Shown here in pieces: positions 9,472 through 20,998 of a DNA stretch of 64,000 nucleotides. Position numbers and translations under genes: made by a program. The notes under the pieces are model-generated. The model was not told the DNA's origin. It saw nothing but the letters and a program-made list of their open reading frames with translations, and did no database searches. Each line of letters begins with the position of its first letter. Positions within the stretch are counted from its first letter, which is position 1. Source of the DNA: a virus; IMG/VR virus record IMGVR_UViG_3300045988_153285, positions 1-64,000 of that record; one strand, 5' to 3'.

Positions 9472-10338
9472 CTAATTATCTGCTTTCTTAAACACGCTAT
9501 CATAAGGATTATTATTTACGTTTAATTTTGATACAATATTAGGAATATCTAAATCTTCACCATTCTTTTTAGTCATACCACTAGCTTTAAAACAGACCAT
9601 GTCTTCCCTATTTAATTGTTTCATTAGGCTATAGAAGTCTGCCATTAATCTGTAATATGTAAAATCTGAAATGTTATCACATCTTACATTAGTAGATACA
9701 AAAGCTAAAATTGCCTCTATATCCATATCACCTTTTCCAGAATTCATTTTTGCATCAATATATTTTTGTGCTGTTTTAGTAGGTGCAACTAATGGTTCAA
9801 ATAATAGATTTTGTTCCATGACAATTTTTCTAAATTCATAAAAATTATAAGAATCAATACATGCTATCAATTCATCATTTTCATCATAAATATCAAAACA
9901 CTGAATCTTATCATTGTATATAACTTTTCTTTTTATAACCATTGTCATCATTTCTATAATTTCGTTTTCAAAATGTTGAAGGCTTAAATTTTTATATACC
10001 TTCTCATTTAAAATCATATTTTTTATATCTTCGCTGCTGCTAATTAAATCCTTTTTTTCTTTATATGTTAATTTATTTATTTCCTTTATTTTTTTTACTA
10101 TTTCACATGAAGTTCTATCAGTATCAATAAAAGATTTCAGATAATCAAATAAATTGTCAAACTCTAATAAACTAATTCCTTCTTGTCTTCTCTTATTGTT
10201 TAATTGGGGTATATCTAAGATTAAGTATTTTGTTGCTAAATCTCTGAACCTTTCATACTCCATTATTTTTATTGGATATAAATCTAAATTATTTTTCATT
10301 TGAATAGGTTTCATGAGATAATTTCTTAAATCGCTCAT
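9472..10338 (-). CDS. hypothetical structural-module protein
   Basis: 288-aa ORF whose start overlaps the stop of the upstream ORF. Confidence 0.55.
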   Translation of the reverse strand: MSDLRNYLMKPIQMKNNLDLYPIKIMEYERFRDLATKYLILDIPQLNNKRRQEGISLLEFDNLFDYLKSFIDTDRTSCEIVKKIKEINKLTYKEKKDLISSSEDIKNMILNEKVYKNLSLQHFENEIIEMMTMVIKRKVIYNDKIQCFDIYDENDELIACIDSYNFYEFRKIVMEQNLLFEPLVAPTKTAQKYIDAKMNSGKGDMDIEAILAFVSTNVRCDNISDFTYYRLMADFYSLMKQLNREDMVCFKASGMTKKNGEDLDIPNIVSKLNVNNNPYDSVFKKADN

Positions 10339-10916
10339 TACTTAACCACCCTACTTAAAGGAACTAAATTAATTGAAAACCTAAGAGAAGTGTATAACAT
10401 ATTACCGTCTTTACTAAGTCTACCTGACTCGGCATCTTCTAATGAAAATTTTAGATTTCCTAACTCTTCAATATAACTTTCATCAGTTATGTATAATTCA
10501 TCAAATATATTTGATATTCTATTAGCTATTTCATATAATCTTAGACCATTTGATATTTCAAAATACTCTGAAGCTGAAATAACATTTACATCTATATACA
10601 TAATGTTGCTACTACCAAAGATAGCTTTAGGGACATTCAAGAAAATACCATTAGACAACGTGATGTCCATATCAGGATTAAATGGTAACAATGTTATTAA
10701 ATCTTTAACATCTTCTTCGGTTAAATCAGGTTGATCTACTTTTTGATTTGAGTAAGTTAATCCCTTTTTACTCAGAGGATTGCGATTATTATAATATACC
10801 AATCTTTTAATCTCTTGGTTTTCAATTATTTTTTCATATGTATATTGTAATATCATACTTACTTTTTTTAATTTAGAACTTACAGTATTTAAATACTTAT
10901 TATTAATATCATTCAT
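10338..10916 (-). CDS. hypothetical structural-module protein
   Basis: 192-aa ORF, tightly packed with its neighbours. Confidence 0.55.
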   Translation of the reverse strand: MNDINNKYLNTVSSKLKKVSMILQYTYEKIIENQEIKRLVYYNNRNPLSKKGLTYSNQKVDQPDLTEEDVKDLITLLPFNPDMDITLSNGIFLNVPKAIFGSSNIMYIDVNVISASEYFEISNGLRLYEIANRISNIFDELYITDESYIEELGNLKFSLEDAESGRLSKDGNMLYTSLRFSINLVPLSRVVK

Positions 10917-10924
10917 TTGCTCAC

Positions 10925-11881
10925 CTACCTAACTAATGATATATCTTTTTCTACTTTAATTTCTTCGTTGACCAAGTATTTTAGCGTTATAAAATCTCCA
11001 TAAACATTACATTTAATTTGAATTTGTGAACTATCTTGACTTATAATTTCAACAGAATCAGAATAGTCTTCTATTTCCCATTCACCATCAGGATTGCTTA
11101 TTGTGTAAGTTTCAGTTTGTCCCTTTCTAATTTTGTCAGCACCGCTTATTGTATATTCTATTGGTTCATCTACAGAAGGTAAATCACCATTGTATGCAAT
11201 ACCATTTTTAATATCATCATAGCCCTCCATATAATCGCCTTTCTTACATGTAAAAGTAAGTAAATTATTATTATATGTAGAAATATCTCCAACCACATAT
11301 ATTCCCATTTTAGAATTCCCAAATATAAACCTAGTGTTAAGCAGTATGTTTTCTGTAATAGAGTTTCTTTGAACTGTTACTTTTATCTTTGTATCAACAT
11401 CGGATAATATTTCGCTAGATGATGAAAATATTTTTACACCATAACTTTCTCCTTCTGCTATACAAGGAATTTCTAAATCTTCGTTTAACTTAATTTTTTG
11501 ATTGCAATGTTGAAAATAATTCACATCATAACCACGTTTATTCATAGGTTTAGACATACATAGATAATAATCGTCTACCCCCGTAACCTCATTTGTATGC
11601 ATTAAGCAACTTCCGATCTTAACAAGATTAGGATAATTTTTAACTTCCCACATAAAATCAGAATCACTTGTATTTTTATTGTTTTTATATTCCATCAACA
11701 CTTTACTAGGAGTGTTGTCAATAAATACTTTTTTTGCTTTACTACTATTAATAAGTACATCAAATTCAGTTACAACATTTTTATTTGCTTCTTCGTATTG
11801 AATCAACATATCATCAATTATAGCTTGTCTACAACTTTTACCATATGTACCGTTAATTTTTCTAATATAGCTTAAATTCAT
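10925..11881 (-). CDS. structural protein with C-terminal Ig-like domain
   Basis: 318 aa. The C-terminal ~80 aa read like a Big_2-type fold (YTISGADKIRKGQTETYTIS). Confidence 0.45.
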   Translation of the reverse strand: MNLSYIRKINGTYGKSCRQAIIDDMLIQYEEANKNVVTEFDVLINSSKAKKVFIDNTPSKVLMEYKNNKNTSDSDFMWEVKNYPNLVKIGSCLMHTNEVTGVDDYYLCMSKPMNKRGYDVNYFQHCNQKIKLNEDLEIPCIAEGESYGVKIFSSSSEILSDVDTKIKVTVQRNSITENILLNTRFIFGNSKMGIYVVGDISTYNNNLLTFTCKKGDYMEGYDDIKNGIAYNGDLPSVDEPIEYTISGADKIRKGQTETYTISNPDGEWEIEDYSDSVEIISQDSSQIQIKCNVYGDFITLKYLVNEEIKVEKDISLVR

Positions 11882-11899
11882 TACAACCCTCCTTTCCGA

Positions 11900-12370
11900 T
11901 TAATAAGGTAATAAAAACTTACCTGTTAATCTATGTTTAGTATTGTAATTTGCTAATTTAGTTGAAAATAAATTTCTTTTGTAAGTAATCATATTTATAA
12001 AACTCGTTCTTTCTGCTGCAGGTGAAAATACTTTGATATCATCACCTAAATATTTTTGCATTGTCTTTAATTTAACTAATTCCTCATCAAAATATTTAAC
12101 TACCATCATATCACTAATTAAATCTTCTTCTATTGCTGTTAAATCAAAATTGAACTGCTCCATAAAATCATTCTTATCTAAGAAATTTATATTTTGTTGA
12201 ACTGCTATTAAAGGCTGTATTTCATTTAAAGAATCCTCTAATAACTCTAAAGTTCTTTGAGATAATATTTCTTCGAACTCTTCCTCTGCAACAGCACCGA
12301 TACAGAAATACTCTTTATCTTGTTTAATTTTTCTGATAAATCTATCAGTTACATTCTCGTAAGGAGTCAT
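11900..12370 (-). CDS. hypothetical head-tail joining candidate
   Basis: 156-aa ORF downstream of the capsid genes. Positional only. Confidence 0.4.
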   Translation of the reverse strand: MTPYENVTDRFIRKIKQDKEYFCIGAVAEEEFEEILSQRTLELLEDSLNEIQPLIAVQQNINFLDKNDFMEQFNFDLTAIEEDLISDMMVVKYFDEELVKLKTMQKYLGDDIKVFSPAAERTSFINMITYKRNLFSTKLANYNTKHRLTGKFLLPY

Positions 12371-12385
12371 AATAACCCTCCTTTA

Positions 12386-13009
12386 TTATTTCTTAGTTGT
12401 CTTTCTAGTTCTAGTATTTTTAGGTTTCTCAACCTTAATTTCTTCTTTGACTTCTTCATCAACAACACCAGTTTCTACTTCTTCTTCAACGACTGGTACA
12501 TTTTCTGTTGGTTGTCCTTCTAATTCAGACTTTCTTAGGCCTTGTTCTAATTCTTCTTTCCTTGCTCTTATATAATTCTCTACCTTATCAGCTATAAAGT
12601 ATTTATTCGTATTCTTTAAATATATTAATTGTGATAAGAACATATCTATTACTGATTTATTTGTTATAGACAAAATTGTACTTATTACATCATCATTTGG
12701 ATTAAGTATCATATACTCAATATCCTCTCTAGTGAAAGACTCAGTTTCTCTTGCAAGATTTATATTTAACATTCTAAATATTTCTTCTTCCATCTCCGGT
12801 TCAAATCTAAGCTTTCTTTTTGTAAATATATTTTTATCTAATCTATGCATATTTCTTATTTCCGCAAATGGTAAATAAACATAATAAGGTTCTCCATCTT
12901 CAGTTTTAGGTGGAAATATCAAATCATTTCCCCTAGGATCAACCGAAGGTGCAAATATTTTATTATCATAATCGTTATAAACATTAATCATATCGTCATT
13001 TTTTAACAT
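12386..13009 (-). CDS. hypothetical protein with Lys/Glu-rich tail
   Basis: 207-aa ORF directly after the capsid terminator. Confidence 0.5.
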   Translation of the reverse strand: MLKNDDMINVYNDYDNKIFAPSVDPRGNDLIFPPKTEDGEPYYVYLPFAEIRNMHRLDKNIFTKRKLRFEPEMEEEIFRMLNINLARETESFTREDIEYMILNPNDDVISTILSITNKSVIDMFLSQLIYLKNTNKYFIADKVENYIRARKEELEQGLRKSELEGQPTENVPVVEEEVETGVVDEEVKEEIKVEKPKNTRTRKTTKK

Positions 13010-13044
13010 ACTCTCATTCTCCTTTTATTATTTTAATTTACAAA

Positions 13045-13066
13045 GGGCAAGATATTTCACTTGCCC
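13045..13066 (-). terminator. hairpin after the capsid gene, loop UGAAAUAU
   Basis: Stem GGGCAAG/CTTGCCC with an 8-nt loop and a short U-tract on the minus strand. Confidence 0.55.
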
Positions 13067-13073
13067 ACTTTTA

Positions 13074-14087
13074 TTATTCAGACTTCTTTAATTTAGCTAT
13101 CTTTTCAAGTTTGTCGATGCATACACCGAATTCAACACCAGTAAACTTAATAGAAATTGTTTCTGAATTGTTATCGCTACTTACTAGAGTCCTCATAGCT
13201 CCCTTAGTATACATCTCTCCGATTTTTCCAGCAAAACCAATAACTAAATCAGCAGGCAATAATGTTTCTCCATTACCCATTTTCTTACCAGCTTTTACTT
13301 GTGCTAAGTTTGTTCCATTATAAATATCTAAAATAGTAGAAACATTTACTTTATCTTTCATTGCTTCAGAATACCAATTTTCCATTCCTGTAACTTTACA
13401 TACAGCTCTCATAGTAGTAGATAAACCTATAGCTGATGGGATTCCCTCAAAGCAATTATCACATAAATAACCTGTAAATTCATCTACAGCAGATTTTGTA
13501 ATAGCACCACTATATTCAACAACGTTATCTCCACCTGCTAATAAAGTATCTATGTAATTCATTATTAAAGCAAATCTCTTAGCTTCGAACTCTTGTAAAG
13601 CAAATACAGCTAATGTTGCAACTCCTAAAGCTCCATCTCTTCTTAAATTAGACATAGGAATTTCAGTTTCAATTTGTAAGTGCTTTTCAACTACATTACC
13701 AACAGTAAAATCAATATATGATTTATCTGCATTACCTGTTCTAGCTGCTGTTTCATGTGCAACTAAAGTATTCTTATAAGATCCTCTAACTTCAACTTTA
13801 TCAAATTCACCATGAGAATTGAAAGTAAACATTTCATTTAATAATTCAGTTGGTGCTGCAAATATTTCAGGTTCTATAATTTTTAATACAACCTCTGCGA
13901 TTTCTTCCTTTGCTTGCGTGCTACCATACTTCCATGCTCTACTAACAACATCGTTCATAGCCGCAGAAAAAGCCTTTTCTTCTTCTGATAAAGCAACTCC
14001 TGAATACACATTTTTAGCCCATGTTAAAGCTTCTCCATTCTCGAAAATATCATTAATTCTTTCTTGTGATAGTTCTATTCTTTCCAT
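13074..14087 (-). CDS. major capsid protein (positional)
   Basis: 337-aa ORF after the scaffold-like gene and a small beta-protein, followed by a hairpin. This is the expected high-expression position. Confidence 0.55.
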   Translation of the reverse strand: MERIELSQERINDIFENGEALTWAKNVYSGVALSEEEKAFSAAMNDVVSRAWKYGSTQAKEEIAEVVLKIIEPEIFAAPTELLNEMFTFNSHGEFDKVEVRGSYKNTLVAHETAARTGNADKSYIDFTVGNVVEKHLQIETEIPMSNLRRDGALGVATLAVFALQEFEAKRFALIMNYIDTLLAGGDNVVEYSGAITKSAVDEFTGYLCDNCFEGIPSAIGLSTTMRAVCKVTGMENWYSEAMKDKVNVSTILDIYNGTNLAQVKAGKKMGNGETLLPADLVIGFAGKIGEMYTKGAMRTLVSSDNNSETISIKFTGVEFGVCIDKLEKIAKLKKSE

Positions 14088-14117
14088 AATTTATATTCCT
14101 CCTTCTATTCCCTTTAA

Positions 14118-14582
14118 TTATTTTGTAACAACGAAACCAAACATAGCGTGTCCTGCTACATTCATTTTTCCTAATGATTTAAGCCCAGTATCAGTCTCTT
14201 GAGTTGCTGTTCCTTTTAACTTACCGTTTTCGACAATTACATATTCACCTGCAGCTCCTTTGTTAGCTTCACCATCTATATCTGCAGATGCTAAACAATC
14301 AGTTGCAAATCTTTCTCCCTTATGTAAAACTCTTAATCCACAATATTCATCTTTTAATATTGTATCTTGTTCAGCATCCCAGTCTGATACAGGATATCCC
14401 ATTGCTACATCTTTAGTAACTTTTACGTCCCTAACAACTACCCCTACCATTTCATCTACAGAAGCAGCTTTCATTAATTTTCCTCCAGCAACTTTAACAA
14501 AATCTCCTCTCTTTAACTCTTCACCAGCTTGATATTGTGCGTCTACATTAACGCCTAAAATAGTTTGTAAATTTTTAATCAT
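14118..14582 (-). CDS. small head protein (decoration/DUF2190-like candidate)
   Basis: 154-aa beta-rich ORF between the scaffold and capsid genes. Confidence 0.35.
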   Translation of the reverse strand: MIKNLQTILGVNVDAQYQAGEELKRGDFVKVAGGKLMKAASVDEMVGVVVRDVKVTKDVAMGYPVSDWDAEQDTILKDEYCGLRVLHKGERFATDCLASADIDGEANKGAAGEYVIVENGKLKGTATQETDTGLKSLGKMNVAGHAMFGFVVTK

Positions 14583-14633
14583 ACTTATTTCCTCCTAAAT
14601 TATATTAATTTTTATTTTGGGTTCTTATCCCAA

Positions 14634-16103
14634 TTATCTTCTCTTACCAGGTTTTCTTATGAAATCTAAAATTGGATTACCAGATTCACCTGAATATTCA
14701 TAACTTGAAGATGAATTTAAATCTGTACTAACCTCAATTTCTTTTGTATTCTCTATTTTTTCTTCTGAAATTTCAGTTTTTGAAACATTTTTTAATACTG
14801 CTTCAGCAATAAATACTTTAACCTTACTCATATCTGCTTCTGCAATAGCTTGTTTAAGTTCTTCACTAGCCTCAATGTCTGCCTCGCTTATGTATCCACT
14901 AGATAACGCAGCTTGGCTACATTCTCTTCTCTTCTTTTCTAACTCTGCTACTGCTTTTTCTTTTTCGATTTCAGCAACAGTTTCTTTAAATACTTCTAAC
15001 TCCGCTATTGTCTTATCTTTTTCAGATAATAATGCTTCCTTTTCGGCTAAAGTTTCGCCTAATTTAACAATAGAATCAACCTTTTCTGATAATTCAGTTT
15101 TTACACCTTCTAATTCTGATACTTCAACAACACTTTCTTTAGGAACAAATGTCATTTTTACATTTTCTTTAGAAACTATTGAAACCTCATTATCTTCTCC
15201 TACTGAATAAACAACCTTTAAATAGTCATCTTCTAATTCATTAGCTCCTTCTTTTTTAAAGTAAGCTATATTTTCTAAAGGATATATAATACTATCATAT
15301 AACCAATAATCTTCTTCTTTTTCTAATTCCCATGCTAATTTACATACTTTTCTTCTAATGTCCCCTAAAGTCAAGGCAGAAACTTCTATATTTTCTTGCG
15401 AAACTTCTGTTTCTACAATTTCTTTATCCTTATCCATCTTATCTCCTCCTTCTTTAAAATTATTTATATCTTGCGCTATAGCACTTGATAACTCATCTTC
15501 AAAATTATCTTCTTTTTCTGCAACTTCTAATTCTTGCACCCCTGCACATTTAAAAGCAGGACTTACCCTACTTCCTAATAAGCAGTTTCCTATGAAATAG
15601 AAATCATCAATAACTTCGATTGTTTTTCCGTTTTCTATTTCATTATGACTTTGAGTGATAACCATTTCCCAACTACTCTTTATCGGATCACCTTTTTCAA
15701 ACCTATCAATTATAACTTTTTTTGCATTTTCAAATCTATTCCATAGAATAGCTTTTCCACAGATATATTCGACATTATCAATTTCTCGTATCTCACAATC
15801 TGTATAAACTCCTAATGCATCAGTATCTAAATAAGTTTTATTTATAACTTCACCATTAATTACTTCATACTTAGTTTTTTTATTGTGCCCCATAAAGTCG
15901 GTTTGGCCATTAACAGTCTTTAATCTTCCAACTAAAGGCATGTTTATCATAGTAGATATTTTGTCTTCTACTCCTTCTCTTTTAATTTTTTTACCATTAG
16001 CATTAGTAGAGAAGTCGCATAATATAAAATCTAATATTAAATTGCCTTTTACATCTTCTGATACTTCAATATTATTACTAGAAAATATGAAATTACTATC
16101 CAT
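14634..16103 (-). CDS. scaffolding protein, possibly with an N-terminal protease-like domain
   Basis: 489 aa. The C-half is highly charged coiled coil (EKEALLSEKDKTIAELE...). It lies between the portal and capsid genes. Confidence 0.45.
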   Translation of the reverse strand: MDSNFIFSSNNIEVSEDVKGNLILDFILCDFSTNANGKKIKREGVEDKISTMINMPLVGRLKTVNGQTDFMGHNKKTKYEVINGEVINKTYLDTDALGVYTDCEIREIDNVEYICGKAILWNRFENAKKVIIDRFEKGDPIKSSWEMVITQSHNEIENGKTIEVIDDFYFIGNCLLGSRVSPAFKCAGVQELEVAEKEDNFEDELSSAIAQDINNFKEGGDKMDKDKEIVETEVSQENIEVSALTLGDIRRKVCKLAWELEKEEDYWLYDSIIYPLENIAYFKKEGANELEDDYLKVVYSVGEDNEVSIVSKENVKMTFVPKESVVEVSELEGVKTELSEKVDSIVKLGETLAEKEALLSEKDKTIAELEVFKETVAEIEKEKAVAELEKKRRECSQAALSSGYISEADIEASEELKQAIAEADMSKVKVFIAEAVLKNVSKTEISEEKIENTKEIEVSTDLNSSSSYEYSGESGNPILDFIRKPGKRR

Positions 16104-16118
16104 TTAATTTCACCTCCT

Positions 16119-17795
16119 TTAAACTTTAACATCATTATTAGACTTGTCTTCTAAAGACTTGTCTTGGTTTTCTGATTTCTTTGAACCATTAGAGTTTTTA
16201 TCTGGATCAGTATTATCTATTAGCTGATTACTATTTGATGTATAACTATTACCATGAGGTATAAATATTTCTTCATCAAATTTATTATCATTCTCAGCCT
16301 TCCTTCTAGATACTTCTTCGTCATAATCTAAACCTAATGCTTCTATTGCAGTTTTGTAACTTAAACCTATCTTAGAATAAACAAGATCAACAAGTTTGCT
16401 GCAGCTATCCAAATCAAGTAATAATGTATTTTGAATATTTATAGTAGGTGCATATTCTGCTGGAAAACCATTTTCATCTAATATAACTTTGTATAACTTA
16501 TTTAATATTCTTTCAAGACCACGATTTATTTTATTGATCGTCTTTAATAAATCTTCATAGTTAATCTTAACTACATTAGCCCCATTTTTACTTTCATTAC
16601 TAGAGAATGTAATTCCACAAGCTCCTAAAACTCTATTACGGTTAGATGAAACTATATCATTATCTGTAGGATCAGCTTTAGGTTCTAGTATTTCTAAACT
16701 TTCAACCAATCCAGTAGAAGTATAAATAACCACATCAGAATCCATAGCTTGAAGTAATGATGCTTGTGCATAACCAACAGCGTTTATGTCTATTTGCCCA
16801 TTATCATCTATACATTCTTTTCTCATCTTTTGATAGAATACCTTCTTAGCCTTTGCTTGTAAATTCTTTCTATCTACATTATCAATAGTTTCCAATGTAA
16901 GAAGTGGTGTAAGTGCTTTAAATAATGGTGTAACTCCATATTTCTTCCCCATGTTATTGATTCTATTTACACCTATTCTTTCAGGATTCAAATATACATA
17001 ATTATCGTTATTTTTATATGCTTCATATACTTCCTCTGGATAATCTCTTTTTACTTCTTCCTGGATAATAGTTTTTATATCCACCTTTTGCTTTGTTTTC
17101 ATTTTTCCGTATTTATTGATACTTCCTTGTAATCTAGATTTTAATTCATTTACATTGAATACGACTAAAGGTTCACCATCTATAGTTCTATCTGTGATTT
17201 CAATTATATCTAAAGGATATTTTACTACCCCATAACCATTATCACTATCACCTTTTAAATACATTATAAAGTTTCCTTCAGTATATACAGACATTACATT
17301 ATCAACTATAAGTTTTTTTATATCTATATTTGAATTAAACTTATTAATGAGCGATCTTATCTCATCTTTCATTTTTGATTCTTTTTTCTTAGCTGACTTG
17401 TTGATTCCTCCCACTAAAGGATAATTAATTGTGAAATTTGTATTAATATTATTTTCTAATATTTCATATGTTTTTCCAATTAAATCAGATTTGTTTAAAT
17501 AATATTGAATTATTCCATTAATTTTTATAATCTTTTCTAAGTTTGTTTGAGTATTTTTAGCCAGGCTAGATATTTGCTCAGGAGTAGTAACGTACTCATT
17601 ATTGTCTTTTATAAGTAATCTATCGTATAAATGACTTAACTTTTCAACATCATATTCAGCTAATTGTAAATAATCATCAAACTGTCCCTGATGCACTTCA
17701 AATTCAGATGCAATGTAATTTCCATCAATATTACTTATAACTATTTTTTGACCTGATTCTAAAACTGGAATATTTGCTTCAATTGTTTTCGACAA
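16119..17795 (-). CDS. portal protein (positional)
   Basis: 558-aa ORF immediately downstream of the large terminase, with an acidic C-tail. Confidence 0.6.
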   Translation of the reverse strand: MSKTIEANIPVLESGQKIVISNIDGNYIASEFEVHQGQFDDYLQLAEYDVEKLSHLYDRLLIKDNNEYVTTPEQISSLAKNTQTNLEKIIKINGIIQYYLNKSDLIGKTYEILENNINTNFTINYPLVGGINKSAKKKESKMKDEIRSLINKFNSNIDIKKLIVDNVMSVYTEGNFIMYLKGDSDNGYGVVKYPLDIIEITDRTIDGEPLVVFNVNELKSRLQGSINKYGKMKTKQKVDIKTIIQEEVKRDYPEEVYEAYKNNDNYVYLNPERIGVNRINNMGKKYGVTPLFKALTPLLTLETIDNVDRKNLQAKAKKVFYQKMRKECIDDNGQIDINAVGYAQASLLQAMDSDVVIYTSTGLVESLEILEPKADPTDNDIVSSNRNRVLGACGITFSSNESKNGANVVKINYEDLLKTINKINRGLERILNKLYKVILDENGFPAEYAPTINIQNTLLLDLDSCSKLVDLVYSKIGLSYKTAIEALGLDYDEEVSRRKAENDNKFDEEIFIPHGNSYTSNSNQLIDNTDPDKNSNGSKKSENQDKSLEDKSNNDVKV

Positions 17796-17808
17796 AATTT
17801 CACCTCCT

Positions 17809-19614
17809 TTATAAATTTATTGAATTTACAAATATTGGTATTGAAGACCAATCATTTGTTCTACTCTTTGGTTTCAAATTCGCTTCTAATAATTTTGCTA
17901 CATAAATACCATATCCCAAACTAGAATATCTATCTTTACGTTTAGTAGATGGTTCTTTCAATTTTATTAAATTATTATCCGTATCTACTCTTTCTAAATT
18001 AACCATTTCATTTATTAGTAATGTTGTTTGCATATAAGGTATTTTGAATTGCAACTGTTCTTCTAATGACAAATCGTTGTAGCCTTTTATTTTGCTCAAG
18101 TATTCACTACACTCGTTCTCATTTATAAGCATCCTTAGTTTTCCTCTTTTTAAATCATCCCTTACATAAACGTGCATATCATTATTAAGTTGTGCATTTG
18201 CTTTTATACTGTAAATAACTTTTGGAGCATTATCCACCATACATCTTTTTGCCATGATTTCATCATTAATACAATTTAATGCTTCATAATTTCTATCTAA
18301 GTCCTTGTCATATAAATTAGTAGCCAAATTGTCAAATATAGATAGACCAAAAGATTGAGTATCTATAACAATATAGTCACAATCAAATTCCTCATATAAC
18401 CTTCTAATTTTTAAAGCTTGAATTTGTGAATGTCCACCTTCATAACTTTCCATATAACATACTTGTTTATCGTAACTTAATCCATTCCTACTAGGTATTA
18501 ACCTTATTACTGTGAATACAGATGCATCATTGTTATTTTTTGCTGAGCTCATACCTGATATATCACATGATACAAGTCTTATTTCCCCTATTTCTTTTTC
18601 TGGATATTTAAAATCTTTTGACTTTATATTAGCATAGAAAGATTTAGGATATATTGCTTTGGGTAAAACCCTATTCTTTTCTAACTCTGCAAATTTAAAG
18701 AATGCCTTCTCAGACTCTCCAAAGAACAAAGATTCCATTTCCATCATCCAGGATATTTCATTGAAATCACTTTCTGACATTTCATCTTCTACTTGTTTTC
18801 TCATCAGAAGTCCTTCTTTAATGGCTAATTGATAAGGTAGAGAACATAAAAAATAAGATTTGCCTTCCATCATTGAATCGAAATAAGCATTAACCTTATC
18901 CCATGACCAATGGTGCTTGTACCAGCAAGAACTTAAATATAACTCTTTATTTCTTTCTTGCAGATGCTTATATTCTGGTTTCTCAAGATATTTAGGTTGT
19001 CTTGGTGCTGTCATAAATTTTCTAAGTACACTATCTATGATATCTTTATCAACCATTCTAAATTCATCTACTACAATTATATTCGCTCTTTTAGATCTTG
19101 CTCCCTGATTTGCAGCTACACACCTAATCCAACTACCATTTCTGAAAGTAACTCTCGCATCATTACTACCTGTTTTAATTTCATCTATTTCTCTTGCTAA
19201 ATTAGGTGAACTATTTTTTAAATCCAAAATCTTCTCTATTATTTCAATACTTTGAGATTTATTACCTGCCGCAAGAATTATCTTACTTTGTGGGAATAAT
19301 ATTGCTCTGGTACAACAAAATATTGACGTTAAGAACGATTTCCCCTGACCTCTCGAAGCAAGATACATAAAATAGTTATAATGCATCATAAAGTATATTA
19401 ATATCTTTTGAAATGTTTTTAAATTAACTCCGAAATAATCACGCACAAATAAATGTGGAAACAATCTATACCATGAAGCCCATAATCCTATTCCATTCAT
19501 CAGCTTCTCTGATTTTGTCATGTTGTCCATGTTTTTATTAAGAACACGTCTTTGTTTGAATATATCTGTTTTGCTTTGTTGTTTATCTTTATTAAAATAA
19601 GTTTGACCAGCCAT
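17809..19614 (-). CDS. terL: terminase large subunit
   Basis: Walker A reads ASRGQGKSF and Walker B reads IIVVDEF. The C-terminal nuclease-like half contains acidic residues. 601 aa. Confidence 0.85.
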   Translation of the reverse strand: MAGQTYFNKDKQQSKTDIFKQRRVLNKNMDNMTKSEKLMNGIGLWASWYRLFPHLFVRDYFGVNLKTFQKILIYFMMHYNYFMYLASRGQGKSFLTSIFCCTRAILFPQSKIILAAGNKSQSIEIIEKILDLKNSSPNLAREIDEIKTGSNDARVTFRNGSWIRCVAANQGARSKRANIIVVDEFRMVDKDIIDSVLRKFMTAPRQPKYLEKPEYKHLQERNKELYLSSCWYKHHWSWDKVNAYFDSMMEGKSYFLCSLPYQLAIKEGLLMRKQVEDEMSESDFNEISWMMEMESLFFGESEKAFFKFAELEKNRVLPKAIYPKSFYANIKSKDFKYPEKEIGEIRLVSCDISGMSSAKNNNDASVFTVIRLIPSRNGLSYDKQVCYMESYEGGHSQIQALKIRRLYEEFDCDYIVIDTQSFGLSIFDNLATNLYDKDLDRNYEALNCINDEIMAKRCMVDNAPKVIYSIKANAQLNNDMHVYVRDDLKRGKLRMLINENECSEYLSKIKGYNDLSLEEQLQFKIPYMQTTLLINEMVNLERVDTDNNLIKLKEPSTKRKDRYSSLGYGIYVAKLLEANLKPKSRTNDWSSIPIFVNSINL

Positions 19615-20540
19615 TATTGATCTTCCTCATCTTCATCTAACTTAACAGTATATTTATTAACTTCTTCTTCGCATTCTTCTAAGAAAGGGTTAACCTTTCC
19701 CATCATTTTGCATAAATTCCCAAAGAACCAAACAACAACATATTTCTTTATCCAATCTTCTTTCGTCCACTCTTCAAGCGGCTCTGGTATAGGTTTTTCA
19801 TTTTCAAATTTTTTAATAAGCGTACCAAATGTTACTTGCTCACTTGCCATACTAGCATTTTCTTGTGCTGGTTTTATATTTGCACTACCCAACAAATCCT
19901 GTAAAGTTTTAATTTCTTTATCTACACTTGCACCATTTGCCCTCTTCTTTTTTATATCTAATCTTTGAAAGCATATCTCCTGGAAAAGAACTTCTTGTGC
20001 GTAACTATCGCACTCATATCTAGCCAACATGTTTCCAAATTCTCTTTCGAGAAAATTATAGTCTGATTCACTATATCCACTTCCCCAAAAATCAACTAAA
20101 TCTCTACCTATTTCTTCCGCAACATCTTCATCATCCTTCTTCTTATCAAAAGGTTCACTATCAATGAAGGTTTTGTTTTTATATTGGGGTAAACTTAATG
20201 CTTTTTGAAAGTATATTTGATAAGGATTACTCTTTTGTGTTTCCGCCTGCGTTTTGGCACTTTCATATAACCCCTTCTCATAATACACATCTAACAATTT
20301 GCATAACTCATAAACTCCTCGAACTTCACTATTGAATATGTTTTTAAATTGATCTGCAAGTGTAATAACACAATTTTTGCAAACAGTCATTCTATTATCT
20401 ATATTATTTTTATATATAACACTGTAAGATTTATAAAAATTAGCTGAATTAATCTTTTTTATATTCCCGCAACAAGTACATAGCTGTTCCTTAATCACTT
20501 TTTCTTTATTTTGCTCATCCGTTTTCTTAGTTCTAGCCAT
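19614..20540 (-). CDS. terminase small subunit candidate (zinc-ribbon N-terminus)
   Basis: 308 aa, with its stop overlapping the terL start. Contains CTCC...CKNC. Confidence 0.45.
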   Translation of the reverse strand: MARTKKTDEQNKEKVIKEQLCTCCGNIKKINSANFYKSYSVIYKNNIDNRMTVCKNCVITLADQFKNIFNSEVRGVYELCKLLDVYYEKGLYESAKTQAETQKSNPYQIYFQKALSLPQYKNKTFIDSEPFDKKKDDEDVAEEIGRDLVDFWGSGYSESDYNFLEREFGNMLARYECDSYAQEVLFQEICFQRLDIKKKRANGASVDKEIKTLQDLLGSANIKPAQENASMASEQVTFGTLIKKFENEKPIPEPLEEWTKEDWIKKYVVVWFFGNLCKMMGKVNPFLEECEEEVNKYTVKLDEDEEDQ

Positions 20541-20610
20541 CTATCTCACCTCTTTTATTGTTTTTTTGTATTACTCTATAAACACACTCTCGAATATGCT
20601 TAATCGAATA

Positions 20611-20641
20611 ATATAAAAAGCCGAGGATATTTCACCTCGAC
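20611..20641 (-). terminator. intrinsic terminator, loop UGAAAUAU
   Basis: Stem CGAGG/CCTCG (extendable) with an 8-nt loop and a minus-strand tail TTTTTATAT. Confidence 0.55.
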
Positions 20642-20678
20642 TATGTTAATTTTCTGTATAAAATTTCACTTTTAACTA

Positions 20679-20933
20679 CTATTCAACACTTAGCATTGCA
20701 TCTTCATATCCTATATCATAAGCCATTCTTAAAAATTCCTTTATTAAACAATGAATGCAAGTATCCTCATCAGCTTCAGCTAATTCTTCAAGTAAATCCA
20801 CTGCAAGATCTTCTAAAGTAGAGTCTACAATTTCTTTATTCTCTAACATCTCAATTTCAGCTTCAATATCCTCTTTTATTCTTAATAATTCTTCTAATCT
20901 ATTATTCATAACATATTCTCCTTTTATCAACAA
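20679..20933 (-). CDS. hypothetical acidic protein
   Basis: 84-aa ORF. Confidence 0.45.
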   Translation of the reverse strand: MLIKGEYVMNNRLEELLRIKEDIEAEIEMLENKEIVDSTLEDLAVDLLEELAEADEDTCIHCLIKEFLRMAYDIGYEDAMLSVE

Positions 20934-20998
20934 ACCTTAATTTATTTTTTTATGTATTTATCTTTATTTACGAGTATTTCTATTAAGAAAATAATTTA